From Octopus vulgaris (taxonomy: Eukaryota): a stretch of 64,000 bases of DNA. The stretch spans positions 85,312,001-85,376,000 of the forward strand of contig OX597819.1 of the NCBI GenBank assembly GCA_951406725.2, read 5' to 3'. Below are positions 50,786-64,000 of this stretch, one piece after another; within the stretch, counting starts at the first letter, position 1; the number at the start of each line of letters is the position of its first letter. The translations under genes were made by a program, and so were the position numbers. Below the pieces are notes generated by a model, which saw only the letters and a list, made by a program, of their open reading frames with translations, was not told the DNA's origin and did no database searches.

Positions 50786-52640
50786 CGTCCAGGAATGCTA
50801 GCTGATTGTCTTTTTCTTTTTCCATTGTGAACTGTCTGGATGGCTTTATTGAGTTCACAAGATCTAACGGCACTTAGACATCTTCCTGACAGGGCCAGAG
50901 TACGAAGGTGTCATCGGCATATCGCAGCCATAGGGTTGGTTTTAGTGCTGTTAAGTCTAAAGCCAAATTTTCAAAGTATTCCATGTATATATTAGCTATT
51001 AACGATGATAATAGCGAACCCATAGCTAAAACCTCTTCTTGTCGATATATATTAGTGTCCATACTGAGGTAGGTAGTTTCTACACACAATGTCAACATTT
51101 CCATCAAGTTTCTTATTGGTATACTAGTACGTTCTTTTAGATGGGTGTCTGTTACTAGTTTTTCTTGAATCACCAATAGTGCTTCAACAGTTGGGACTTT
51201 GGCGAACAGACTTATCACATCTAGACTCACCATCTGGTTTGATTTAATGGGGGTATCCTTGATCAATTCTGTGAAGTGGGTGGAATTCTTCACGTACGAT
51301 GTTGACTTTCCTGCTAATGGACTGATTATATCCACAAGGAAGCGGATCAATGGATGACATGCTGAAACCTCTATAACTCACTATAGGTCTTAATAGAATA
51401 CCATCCTTGTGAATCTTATGAAGACCGTACATGTGTAGTAGTTAACTGTATTGTTGAGTCAGTTGTCTATACTTCATTGGTGTAAAGTGATCCTTGTTCT
51501 TGATCAAGATCTGTGACAACTTCCTCTCTGTTTTCAAAATAGGGTCTTTCTTTACTTTGCCGTAGCTACCATCGCTTATAAGACTTGCCAGTTTTTCCAA
51601 GTAGTCAGACTTGTTCATTACCATGGTAGCATTTCCCTTGTCTGCTGAAAGTATTATGATCTAATTGTCACTCTGTAGTCTTTTGATAGCAAACTTTTCT
51701 TCCTTAGTGATGTTTGGTTTGGGAAGTTTCGCTATTTCTAGTACCTGTTTCACTTTCCACCTTAGTTTTTCCCTGAGCTTTTGGTATCTTTATGGCTATC
51801 TCTTCAATAGGGGCTATTATGCCCAAGTATGGAATGCGCTCGATGGTTGTCGCAAAGTTGAGACCTTTGTTTAGTACTGCTTCTTCAGAGCTTTCTAGAT
51901 GTCGGCTATTTACATTAATTACTACTTTCATAGCTGGGTGACGGACTTCAGTCTTCATTCTCTGACTTTGAGTTTCATAAACTTCTTAATCTGGTATGTC
52001 TTCACCATTTCAAATTCTTTCATGTATGACTTTTGTAGATCTTGTTGGATTCTCTTTTTATCACCATCTCTGGTTATTTTCCTAAGTAATAAAGATAACC
52101 TCTCTTTGATTTCGTTATTTAATTGGTTTTTTTCCAACGGTTGTATGGATCCTCTCACGGACGAGGGTGTGTCCTGCCCTTTCTGCTACTCTTCTAGCTT
52201 TATATGAATCCACTGGTGTCATTATATTCAAGCCAGGTGGTATTAGCTATGAGTTTCTACATCTACACAGGAAAGTTAGATGGTTTGAAAGACGAGCTAT
52301 CCGTCAATCGTAAATAATGCAAATATTGTACATAATTCCTCATCTATTAAATATAGAACTGTATTATCTAATCGGTACGGAGCCGACATTAGACTTTAAT
52401 CGAGACATATAGAGACACTCCACCAAAAACTAGCTCGTCTTTCAAACCATCTAACTTTCCTGAATACCTTAGGAATGAGAATCCAGGTTCGAAATTTCCC
52501 CAAGACACCTGATGGAAGCTGGAGGGTATATCAGCGGAAACGTTGTGCTAGCAACATACAAGATGAGGACAAATATCCGTCAATTGTAAATAATATAAAT
52601 GGTGTACATAATTCCTCATCTCTTAAATATAGAACTGTAT
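50786..52640 (-). mobile_element. Penelope/Poseidon-type element nested in the other PLE, with inverted and tandem pLTR pieces
   Basis: ADKGNA, YGLHKIHK..LRPIVS, SLDVISLF, LAMGSLLS..ANIYME, WLRYADDTF and FTMEKE..LAFLDV on the minus strand. pLTR duplications at 52268-52642. Confidence 0.9.
52505..52548 (+). ncRNA. Degenerate minimal hammerhead in the pLTR
   Basis: CAC-CTGATGG-AA-GCTG-gagggtatat-CAGC-G-GAAACGTT-GTG. Confidence 0.55.
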
Positions 52641-53980
52641 TACCTCGATGATTGTTTCCTAATTTGGACAAAATCCCTAGAAAATCTGGAAGAATTCATC
52701 CTCCTCCTCAATAATCTACACCATACACCCTAGTCTTAAATTCCTAAGAAAAATGAGCACTACATAATTACCATTTCTTGACATAATGGTAATTGAAAAC
52801 GCAATCATATCTGATATTTTTTACAAAAGCAGAGATACACACCAGTACCTAAACTTCAAATCATTCCACCCAATACACACAAAACGCAACATCCCGTACT
52901 GTCTAGCAAGGGAAATTTATACTATAGTCGATGATCCAAATACCGGAAACAAACGACTTGTAGAACTCAAAGGATTTCTGCTCAATCAAAATTACTATCT
53001 CCTACTTATAGAAAATAGTATACAACAAGCAAAAGAGATACCTATAGAATAACTTAGAGCTACACGAAAAAGACGAACCTATCAAAGGAACACAATGCCA
53101 TTTCTAGTAACATTCAATCTGCATAACCAAAACATATTTAACATCAAAACAAATTTGCCAGTCATAAAACAACGCGAAAAATTATAAAACATAATAACTA
53201 ATCAAACACTTATCTTAAGCAGAAGGCAACCACATAACCTAAAGAAGCTATTAACGAAGGCAAAATTCAACATGAACAAACGGGATAACACACTCACATT
53301 ACCCAAGTGTAATGATAACAGGTGTGGAACGTGCCAATACATGCATACGGGTAGATCCATCAGCACAAAAAATGGACAGATTTTTGCAAGTGCAGATATG
53401 AACTGCAAAAGCAGAAATTTGATCTACTGCATTAAATGCCAGAATTGCGAGGAATTATATGTAAGCGAAGCAGGGAATGCATTATCGGAACGTCCACAAG
53501 TCCACAGACAACAAATCCGGAAAACCAATGTTCACCAAATTCCAGAGAGTGAATGTATAGAGACATATGGTCAGAAAATGTTTTTAATTTTTCCTTTCCA
53601 CAAACTATATGACACAAGTGAGGTTGGAAGAAAGATAAAAGAAAAACAGTTTATTAAAATGTTCAAATCTGTTCTGAACGGAAATAACAGCAATTATATA
53701 ACAACCAGTTAATGATGAGGATTAATAAATATAAACAAGTTAGAGAATATTGGTACGCCTGGCAAACTATGATGTTTAAGAGCATGCAGATTGATCGAAA
53801 AGGTATTCTAAAAATGCAACTGGTTGGAGCGTTCTTAGAGGTACTAAAGTTGTCAAGAACTCAACTGCCAGTTAAAAACATTTGAAATCTCATGAGTACA
53901 CTATGTATGAAAGCAGTAATTTTGTTAAAATACCATAATAAAAAGCGTGAAAACCAGACTATGTTTTAACTTTATTCAAC
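52640..53980 (+). mobile_element. Penelope-like element, right part (RT C-terminus plus GIY-YIG endonuclease)
   Basis: YLDDCF, LPFLD, YL.FKSFHP.HTKRNIPY, CNDNRCGTC and NCKSRNLIYCIKCQNCEELYVSE. The extra cysteines are typical of the Neptune group. Confidence 0.88.
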
Positions 53981-53982
53981 TG

Positions 53983-54017
<35 letters not shown>

Positions 54018-54024
54018 AAAAAGG

Positions 54025-54292
54025 GGTAAAGACCCCCTTCGGTCATGAATGACCATGGAATTGCACCTAGAAAGTTACCCTCCTAGATACAAGTCCGGGC
54101 AAGGTTGTTTTATGGAAGACCAGCAGTCGCCCATGCATACCAGCCTCCCCTCTCCACGCCACCAGTGTTATCCAAGGGAAAGACAAAGGTCGATACAGCT
54201 TGGCACCAGTGACGTCGCAACTCATTTCTACAGCTGAGTGAACTGGAGCAACGTGAAATAAAGTGCCTTGCTCAAGAACACAACACGCAGTC
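54025..54292 (-). mobile_element. SINE family B
   Basis: rc of 25601-25843. Confidence 0.85.
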
Positions 54293-54583
54293 CGTATATA
54301 TATGTAAGCTAAAAACTAGTTCTAAAATCTCTGCGATGATTGCAGTAGTTGTACTAGCAAGTAATGTTCCTAGCCACTTCAATATGGGTGTTCCGTTCGA
54401 TCGAAATTTACTGCGATTTTTTAACCCCAAGAAGGCATCTCCTTTAGCTGGATAACGATGCACAGCTGCATCCGATATATTGTGAGCAGGGGAAAGAACC
54501 CTTACTACCTTCTAGTGACAGGGCTCACATACCAGTCTGGTTTGGGGCTATTGCTTGCCTTTCTTCAGTACTGGACACCCGTC

Positions 54584-54634
<51 letters not shown>

Positions 54635-55284
54635 TTAATACTAAACAGAAATACACACACACTTACATGTACATACATAATTAACCCTGTTTCATCTCCT
54701 GTTACTTCTGTATATATGAAACCTCGTCATTTTCTGTCACATGTATTCGTTGTACGTCATTGTTAACACCACATAACACACATTACTCAATTAGTCCATT
54801 GTTAATAGATCAATTAGTCACCGACTAACTGACGAATTAAAAATGAAGTAATCGATCAATTAGCCGCTTGTTTATAGCTCTCTTAAGTTAACTAGGGTTA
54901 GCTATATAACGCTCGTACTCAACCTAAGATTAAAAATTCAATGTCATCCAATTGAGAGGCTCAATAAACTATTCGTCTTCGAAAGAAATAGAGTTGTTAT
55001 AGATATACGAAAGTATTTTCCCTATCTCTTTCTATAGAATCACATTCGTTTTTCTCATCTGTTGCGTTTCTGAGAAGGGAAAATTTTGTCATAGCGCTGG
55101 TATCCCTTTAAATCAATTTAAAATGTTTTATTGAGCAGTTTGGATAGCTTAGTTTCCCATATGATCAATTATAAATTAAGATGTACTCTGTGAAACCCAT
55201 GTGATTTTAGCTTTTATATGTATGTACGTATGTATGTATGTATGTATGTATGTATGTATGTATGTATGTATGTATGTATGTATG

Positions 55285-55330
<46 letters not shown>

Positions 55331-55368
55331 TGTGAATGTGTATGTATCCGTGTGTATGTATATCTATG

Positions 55369-55456
<88 letters not shown>

Positions 55457-56808
55457 CACACATGTACTTGCTTACATATTCATCCACACATTTGTATGTC
55501 TGTTTTGATATATATTCATATATATATATATATATATCGGCTGGCTTCCGCACAATTTCCGTCTTCCAAATTTTACTCTATGAATTGGATAGATGCGAGC
55601 TACAGGAGAAGACAGTTATCATTGTTATGAAATATAATGCAATTTCAAAAAATATATACATACAGCAACATTTAGGCAAATAATGAATGACAAAACTTTT
55701 TCGACTAAAAATAAAATGAGTTATGTTTTCTAAACGCAATAACCTCAAGGCACAAAATTCAAAGACACAGCAAGTTCTATACAGATCCTGTCGCCCCCCA
55801 CCGCTTTATATAGCAATTATATGAACGATAAATTAGATATCAATCATAATATTGATAAAAATAGTAATGACAATGATAATGATAATTTTGTTGTTAATGC
55901 TATTTGTGTAAAATGTTAACGACGATAAGGATGATGCTGGTGATTTTGTTTGCGAAGATGATAATGATGATGGAAATGATAATTGCGACTATGATGATGC
56001 TAATGCTAATGATGATGATGATGATTAAGAAGTTCTGGTGAAAATGATAATAACAATGCTGCTACTGCTGCTGTTGTTGTTGAAGTGAGGGAGATGACAT
56101 TGATAGCAATGGTTGTGAATCCTTTATAGTGCTCAGCTCCTGTTTGCCAATTTGTGCAACGTTTTGCTACGTACGTATCAAGAGCAAATTATTCTAGTTC
56201 TATATGATATCTTCAGCTGGTGAAAAGAAAGCTGTTTAAGTTCTTTTGAAAGCGTAATGGCTAGTGCCTGAGGTTTCTATATTTCGGAATCATAATTTTC
56301 TATGCAGCGTTGGAATCGTTTCTGCGTAAATACAGAAATATCTGGAAAATGACTGGAAGAAAACAACAACACCAACAATTTTAAAATGTCGATGGTTTTG
56401 TAGGAGTGGAATTTTGAAGTACAGAAACATTTTTTTTTACTCGTAACGTATAGAAATTATGCTATTGTTGGTGTAAAACGTGATCTTATCAAATGTTTAG
56501 GATATGATCAAAGGTTTGAAATAGCTATATGAGTGATTCCCAATCTAGCTAACACACTTCATGACGTTCTTATATCTATCAATACAATACTAAAATGTTT
56601 TACCTCGTACCACTAATCTCATTGAAAAAAATATGATATCAAATTGAAGATTAATGCAACTATTCATGGCAAAGTGTGAATGACTTTTCAGGACAAATTG
56701 ACGTGTGGAGACAGAGAGAAAAAGTGACTCATCAAGCTTAAACTACTCATGTACGTGTGCTCAAATTGACCAAAATATTGCAAATAAATATATAGCGATT
56801 ATCTATGT

Positions 56809-57062
56809 CAGTGATTCTCAGCCGAGGTCCACATGATTCTTGGGGGTCCATGTTAGATTTCGCTGTTAAAAATAATATGCAATAAATTGATTTTACTTCT
56901 AAAATACGCAAAATAATTCAACAATTCTCTTTATACAATTCTTAATAAAATTTAATTATAAAAATATAATAGGACTTTTATACATCAAATGATTTGTGGG
57001 GTCCTTTCGAGTAAAAACAGATATTAAGGGGTTCCATAGGAAAAAATGGTTGAAAAACATTG
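56809..57062. mobile_element. hAT (Charlie-like) MITE
   Basis: TIRs CAGTGATTCTCAGCC / GGTTGAAAAACATTG. 8-bp flanks ATCTATGT / ATGTATAT match at 6 of 8 with a central TA. Internal ggggtcc repeats. Confidence 0.75.
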
Positions 57063-58008
57063 ATGTATATTTTAATAATTGGGCTACAGAACATAATATT
57101 AAGGTAACAGTTTGAAATTTGAATAAGTTTGTATACAGTTGTGAAATGATAATACTGACATTCGAGTAAAACCTTTTGTATAGAAAAGTTTAATTAATCA
57201 TTTATGATAATTTTGAGATTTAATAAATTTGAATGATTGCTTAGATTAGTTCTCAATCGTCTTTGTTCACGCGACACGTTTTGATCTTTCAAAATCACGG
57301 ATGCCATCGAATATTACATTACATTTATAGTATACCATATAGCCACCTTCAAATTTCTGATAACGCCTTAATGATTTTTTACAGCTTGTTTAGAGTAAGA
57401 CTGTGCAAGACTGTGCGAATTTCTTCTCTTTAACTGCATGGTGTGTAAATATATCACGGTATATTTTTAGCAACATTTTAAATCTTTGTGATATCTAGTG
57501 ATGGATTCTGATGTGTATGAGTCTGGTTTCAAATGCAATTCTGGAGAATCGAAGCGGCAAATTTACCTTGCTCATTTTGCGATAATTTTCTGAAATAGTG
57601 TTCAGTTTATGTTATAATGTTGTTATAATGTTTTTAATGTATGTAGGGAAGGCTATTTACTTAGCTGATATAGTTTCTATAAGGTAGTGAAGATTTGTAA
57701 AACTATTTTGTCTCAAAGTCAAAAATGTAATGAAATCGTCTCATTTTCCCCCTCCCCCACACGTAAATGTATAGTTCTTTTTTGGAACGGTGAAACTCTC
57801 TCTCTCTCTCTGTCTCTCACACACATGAGAAAAATAGATGACAAAGAAATAAACGATTATCTTATGAACTTCATTATTTTACAGCTGTTTCCGCCATAAG
57901 ATGTGGTGGACTCATAATTGAGTGCCTGAGTAACACCTTTTAGCCTCATCAGAACCTCAAACATGAGGTGCACTTCAAACACACACACGTATATATGTGT
58001 ATGTTTCT

Positions 58009-58093
<85 letters not shown>

Positions 58094-58531
58094 TACAGTC
58101 CCTACCCAACACTAGGGGCGTCTCCTGCAATATAAAGTAAATGCTTAGATATATGATACAATGTGCAGTAGTGCAGTAGAATTAAGTTAAAATTTACCAT
58201 ACAGCTGAGTGTACTAGTGGGTTAGCAATAAACTACATGGTGCATTTAAACACGTATCTTCTTGATAGAAAATTCTAGTTAACCAGAAAATCTGTAACAC
58301 AAATAATACGGAACTAATCCATAGGGCGACATTTATAGTGTTCTCTGTCTATAACATAATACATATAACAATGTACGGGCCGATGTAAACCCCGATTTTG
58401 TCTTCTCAAGGAATATCTTCAATTGCTTCAGGGTATATCGGAAATGAGAGCTTAGAAAACAAAACTGATCCGCTGAAAACACTTCAACACATGACATGAA
58501 GTGAAGCTGTAGTCGTTCATGTTAATGAGGG

Positions 58532-58599
<68 letters not shown>

Positions 58600-59201
58600 C
58601 GTGAGAGAAGACAGAAAATATGAGAGAGCGAGCAATATTTACAAAAATATAACCAGTGACGGAAAAATTTTATGTGACAAACAGAAAATAAACGAATCAG
58701 GGATAGCCAAAAATCTCATTTGAAAACGATACTCTTAAATAGAGAATAAAATAAAGCACTCCCAGTAAAAGAAGAAAATAGAAAAGGAGGCTACAGGAAA
58801 AAGTAACGAAAAAAAACGTCAGTTTTAGTGAAACACAAGCCAGAGAAAATTGTTCCAAATAAACAGCTCATAATGGCAAAATGAAATACTGAATGAACAA
58901 TTATCCAAAAGTGCCTCCAGAACCCACGTGGGATGCATGCAGATACATAAACTAGACGAGTTATTGCAGTTCTACAAAGGATAGTGGTAACCATTGTTTA
59001 ACTCGATATAAAGAAAAACATGTAATACCGAGAGAAAATGCATTTACATTCACTAATTGAACTTGTGTTTCTCACAAGTCCCTTGATAATATGCAAAAGG
59101 CTCCTGCAAGACGAATTCAAATACTTTTCCTTGCAAGTAGTAATTTCCTAGTAAATTAAAAAAATGGCATATGATTTATACTTAAGAAAGTAATACCACA
59201 T

Positions 59202-59321
<120 letters not shown>

Positions 59322-60794
59322 AATGGATATATTTTTAATTAATGTTTGTCAGCACAAAACATTGGCAAAAAATGTTCCAATAGACTAATATCCGGATTAT
59401 AGAAGAATACAGACATTGATACGATTCAGCAAATACATGAGAAAATAGATACGAAAGTCGCACATAGAATTATAATAATCAAATGCATGATTACTACGTA
59501 ATAGATGAATGCATAATGAATATCTTCATAGATTGGTCTAAATAATGCGTGCACGAGACCATAAACTAAAACTAAATACATGTTGCAAAAACACAAAATC
59601 CGATATCCTCATTTATAGCACATCACAACCGTGTACACCTAAACCAAGCAGCTAATGACCAACGTAGCTACAAATTTGGTTGTAAAACTCACAGTTGTAA
59701 ACTTCAGGACTCAAGCTGTTACATGTGACGTATTATTTGAACGCTCTCAAATGGGCTTACCAGGTATTTAGAACAAGGAGCAATCGTAACACAGCACCAT
59801 ACACCACAAAACAAATTTAGATAGAAAAACTTGTTTATTATATAAAATTCCTCATAGAAATAGAAAATCAACTATGGAGGCAATACAAAACACAGAGGTA
59901 AGAAAAAGAAACAATGAAATGGACCAATATCTGCCGAGTCTGCAAGTAAATATGAGATCTAGCTTTATCCTGAACGAAGAACAACACATCCGATTGGTTA
60001 ATTCTGAAAGCTTTCCATTGATTGTTCATTTAATTGATCAAATTGGAAACAGTAACTATCTGAATTCAATGCCTGATTTTGCAGGAAGAGCTCGAAATAC
60101 ACAAAGCTCTTCCAATTTCAACAGATACAGACGGCTTTTGGAGTAATTAAAGCTGGTTCCTACAAGTCATACTACAAATGGTGAATAGCTTATTGCAACA
60201 GCTGGGTGTTTGTCGTCTGTTTACACCAATGTGTGGGACGTTGATTTCACCTACGTTTGGAGAGCGACTGTTGCTGTTACATAATCGCTGGAGAGTTTGA
60301 ATAGACTAACAGATCCTAAATAACTGAACTCTTCTTAAACTGTTCTTTTCTTCTGAAGATGGGATTTTGAGCCAGAAATATAAGGATTTTATTGAACTTT
60401 GCGAATTATCAGGAGCTGTCTATTTTCTCTTTTTAGATTCTTCGATATTACAATGCTTCAAGCGAACTACAACGTACTTATGGTTTCTTTTGTTTTCTCC
60501 GGGACCTTTTTTCGCCCCACATTGTTGTTAACAATTCGTTTTTTATCCCCTGTGATTGTTGTTTCAAAACTGGTTGTGTTCTTGTTGCTTTTGTGCAGAG
60601 ATTCGCAGAGAGAAATGCACATATATTTTTTGCTCTTTGTAGAGCATTTTTACTTTTCTGGAAATAGATCATTGAAAAATAAAAAACAACAACAACAACA
60701 AAAGAAACAAAATAAAACAAAGCAAAAAGAAAAAAGCAAAAATGCAGCTCATTTTCTCCCATATTAACTTTTGAATAGAAACAGTAGAAATAAA

Positions 60795-60854
60795 CATACA
60801 TACATACATACATACCCCCCATATATATATATATGTTTTTGTATATATATATAT

Positions 60855-60885
<31 letters not shown>

Positions 60886-60950
60886 CATATATATATATTA
60901 TATATATATGTATATATATATACATATGTATATACATATATATATCTATA

Positions 60951-61040
<90 letters not shown>

Positions 61041-61063
61041 ACAATAATATTAAGGAATGACCC

Positions 61064-61108
<45 letters not shown>

Positions 61109-61132
61109 GGGGTATATATGTATGTATGTATG
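60795..61132. repeat. Compound (TA)n/(ATAC)n microsatellite block
   Basis: Seen directly. Confidence 0.9.
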
Positions 61133-61174
61133 ACCACTGGTGGTGGTGTTACACACCATACTAATCATATCTGA

Positions 61175-61402
61175 CAGGCATGTGGAAGAGAGTGTAATTC
61201 GGCAGGAGGACTTAAACGACATGCAAAGGTACATGAAACCCAGTTACACCTACAGCCGGCTATTACCGGTAAAGGTTTTAGTTACCAATTCTGTATAAGA
61301 CATTGTAGATCTTTGGCTGGGCTAAAAAGTCACATTCGATCACAGCACCAGTAACAGTTAAGCTTCGTGCAATGGCCATACTCGATGACGAGGGGGCAGC
61401 CA
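61175..61402 (+). mobile_element. RTE-like 3' end with two C2H2-like fingers
   Basis: [18 protein letters not shown] and CRHC..LAGLKSHIRSQH. Short tail joining (TAA)n. Confidence 0.6.
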
Positions 61403-61416
61403 TAATAATAATAATA

Positions 61417-61470
<54 letters not shown>

Positions 61471-61473
<3 letters not shown>

Positions 61474-63218
61474 TCTGATATTATCTGATGATAATATCTG
61501 ATATGCTAAATAGAACTGGATGCGGATATAAATGTTACGGCAAAACGATCAGCCACCTTTTATATATGGATGACCTAAAACTATACGCTACAAATGACAA
61601 ACAGCTGGAAACACTATTAAAGACAGTTCATGGATTTACCAAAGAAATAGATATGAAATTTGGATTAGAAAAATGCGCCAAAGTAACCATGAAAAGAGGA
61701 AAACTAGTTAAGAGTAACAACATCACACTAGATAAAACCAATGAAATAAAAGAATTAGACCAAAGCCAAACTTACAAATACTTAGGAATCCATGAACTAG
61801 ATAAGACACAACACACACAAATGAAAGAGAAAATAAAAAAAGAATATTATAGACGAGTTAGATCAATACTAAAAAAGAGCTCAATGCTAAAAACAAGATA
61901 ATAGGTATCAACACTTTAGCTGTCCCAGTTATAAGTTACAGATACAATATCCTGAACTGGACACGAAATGAACTGTCCAAAATAGATAGGAAAACAAGAA
62001 AAATACTGACAGGATCTAGGATGCATCACCCAAAATCTGACATAGAAAGACTATATATACAACGTATAGAAGGTGGTAGAGGCCTTATACAGCTGGAAAA
62101 CTACTATAAAATAACCACCATAGGACTGCAAAAATACCTACTTCAGAAGGAAGGAAAACTGATCCAGATAGCAGCAAAACACGAGCAAAACAAAAAACTG
62201 TTCTCAGTATTTAAGGAAGCTGACAAATACAAACAAGAAATCATACCACCTAATAAACACAAAGAAGAAGAAGATGATGAAGAAACAACAAAAGCTATAA
62301 AACAAATGAAATCCAAACTAAAAATAGAACAGCAACGAGCCATGATAAAACGATGGCAAGAAAAGCCCCTTCATGGTAAATACTGCACTAAACTAAACGC
62401 AAAAGAAATAGACAAAGAAAAATCTCAGCAATGGTTGAGAAGCTCAGGACTCAAAGCAGAAACAGAGGGATTTTTAATTGCAGCACAAGACCAAAGCCTC
62501 CCCACCAGAAATTACCAAAAACATGTAATGAAAAGAAATATTACAAGTAACTGCAGAATATGTGGAGATGGACAAGAAACAATAAATCATATTATCTCTA
62601 GCTGCCCAGTCCTGGCTAAGAAGGTATATATTCACAGACATGACAAAGTTGGAACCTACATACATTGGAAGCTATGCCAACATTATGGAATAACAACAGA
62701 AAAAAGATGGTATAGGCACACACCAGAAAAGGTCACAGAAAACGAGAAAGCAACCATACTCTGGGATATGCCGATACACACAGATAGAGAAATTAAGGCC
62801 AACAGACCAGATATAGTTGTCAGAGACCATGAAGAAAAAAATGCTTTCTAATGATGTATCAATACCGGCAGATGACAACGTGTCTCTAAAAGAAATGGAG
62901 AAACTCTCAAAATACAAAGACCTGGAAATAGAGATAACTAGAATGTGGAACCTGAAAACAGAAACAATTCCTATCATAGTAGGTGCATTAGGCATGATAA
63001 AAAAATATTCAGACAAATACATAACAAAAACACCAGGACTTACAAACACATATAACATACAGAAAATTGCACTACTAGGCACTGCACACATCCTACACAG
63101 AACACTTTCCATACAATAACCATCAGAGCATCACAACAAATCACAGCACATACCCAAGGCACACAGAGCTGCGCTCGGTAGTGAAGTGAAAGCACGCTAT
63201 AAAAATAAAACTACTGAA
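61471..63218 (+). mobile_element. 5'-truncated R4/Dong LINE (same family as 14791-15506)
   Basis: HLLYMDDLKLY, YKYLG, PLHGKY, CRICGDGQETINHIISSC, RHD and RPDIVV. (TAA)n on both sides. Confidence 0.93.
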
Positions 63219-63331
63219 TAATAATAATAATAATAATAATAGTAATAATAATGTATGTATGTATATATATATATAATATTATTAGTGAATTGAAGAAATG
63301 GAGTTGAACGAAGATTGAACAGAAATCGTTT

Positions 63332-63424
63332 TATTGCATTCTACACGTGTTTCGAAAGGCACAATTTACCAAATTCCGATTGAATAATGAGACCATATTG
63401 TGTCTTTCTCTTCAGGAAGAAATA
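63332..63424 (-). ncRNA. Type I hammerhead ribozyme (mirror copy)
   Basis: Exact reverse complement of 63702-63794. Confidence 0.75.
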
Positions 63425-63701
63425 GGAAATCCGTTGGAAAAAACAAAAACAGAACAGAGGCGGAGCAAAACAAATCGAACGAGGCTCCTAAGAGCCCATG
63501 GCCAAACTGTTTATCAATGTATGTTGAAAACGGGTGGTGGGTGCGTTGAAGATTGTAACGGGTCCCGTTAAAATCTTCAACGCACCCACCACCCGTTTTC
63601 AACATACATTGATAAACAGTTTGGCCATGGGCTCTTAGGAGCCTCGTTCGATTTGTTTTGCTCCGCCTCTGTTCTGTTTTTGTTTTTTCCAACGGATTTC
63701 C

Positions 63702-63794
63702 TATTTCTTCCTGAAGAGAAAGACACAATATGGTCTCATTATTCAATCGGAATTTGGTAAATTGTGCCTTTCGAAACACGTGTAGAATGCAATA
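63702..63794 (+). ncRNA. Type I hammerhead ribozyme with a canonical core
   Basis: TATT-tc-TTC / CTGAAGA / GAAAGACACAAT..31 nt..ATTGTGCCTTTC / GAAA-CACGTG-TA / GAA-tgc-AATA. Predicted cleavage after GUA at 63784. Confidence 0.8.
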
Positions 63795-64000
63795 AAACGA
63801 TTTCTGTTCAATCTTCGTTCAACTCCATTTCTTCAATTCACTAATAATATTAAAATTCAATTATCCGCACCAACGCACGGTTGCAACACCATATGGTTGT
63901 ACCTCCAACCGTGCTGTCTTCTGCTGTGATTTTTGCTACCAAGGTATCGGTGAAACTTTTGATTAATCTGCAACGAGATTATTCATCTTTCTATTTCACA

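Larger units (their letters stand above)
63274..63852. repeat. 579-bp near-perfect palindrome (289-bp arms, 1-nt centre at 63563)
   Basis: The arms are reverse complements. The only mismatch I found is 63555/63571. The ORF track shows the same peptide on both strands. Confidence 0.97.

Noticed and set aside
59874-60146. 90-aa ATG-initiated ORF in unique DNA
   Set aside because: No homology recognised and no coding-like bias or clear splice context.
63347-63779. Identical ORFs on both strands
   Set aside because: A by-product of the palindrome. The start is non-ATG, there is no recognisable domain, and it overlaps the ribozyme.

Overview
AT-rich, microsatellite-dense eukaryotic DNA made almost entirely of decayed transposable elements. 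The SINE/LINE repertoire looks like an octopod cephalopod genome (inference from recalled repeat families, not verified). Most ORF-track entries are microsatellite or antisense artefacts. Supported content: one nearly full-length R4/Dong-type RLE LINE and several truncated relatives in (TAA)n or (ATAC)n arrays; three Penelope-like (PLE) coding remnants, one nested in another; two MULEs with 15-bp subterminal repeats; mariner, Tc1 and DD37D (maT) relics; a hAT MITE; two RTE 3' ends; an ORF1-only gag-knuckle element; many tRNA-SINEs; and one candidate host exon on the minus strand (32558-32692). The most striking unannotated signal is RNA structure. Several type-I or minimal hammerhead ribozyme motifs lie in non-coding elements next to (TA)n, and fold-back DNA recurs. 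The best case is a 579-bp near-perfect palindrome (63274-63852) with a canonical hammerhead in each arm. Coordinates were counted by eye and may be off by a few bases.
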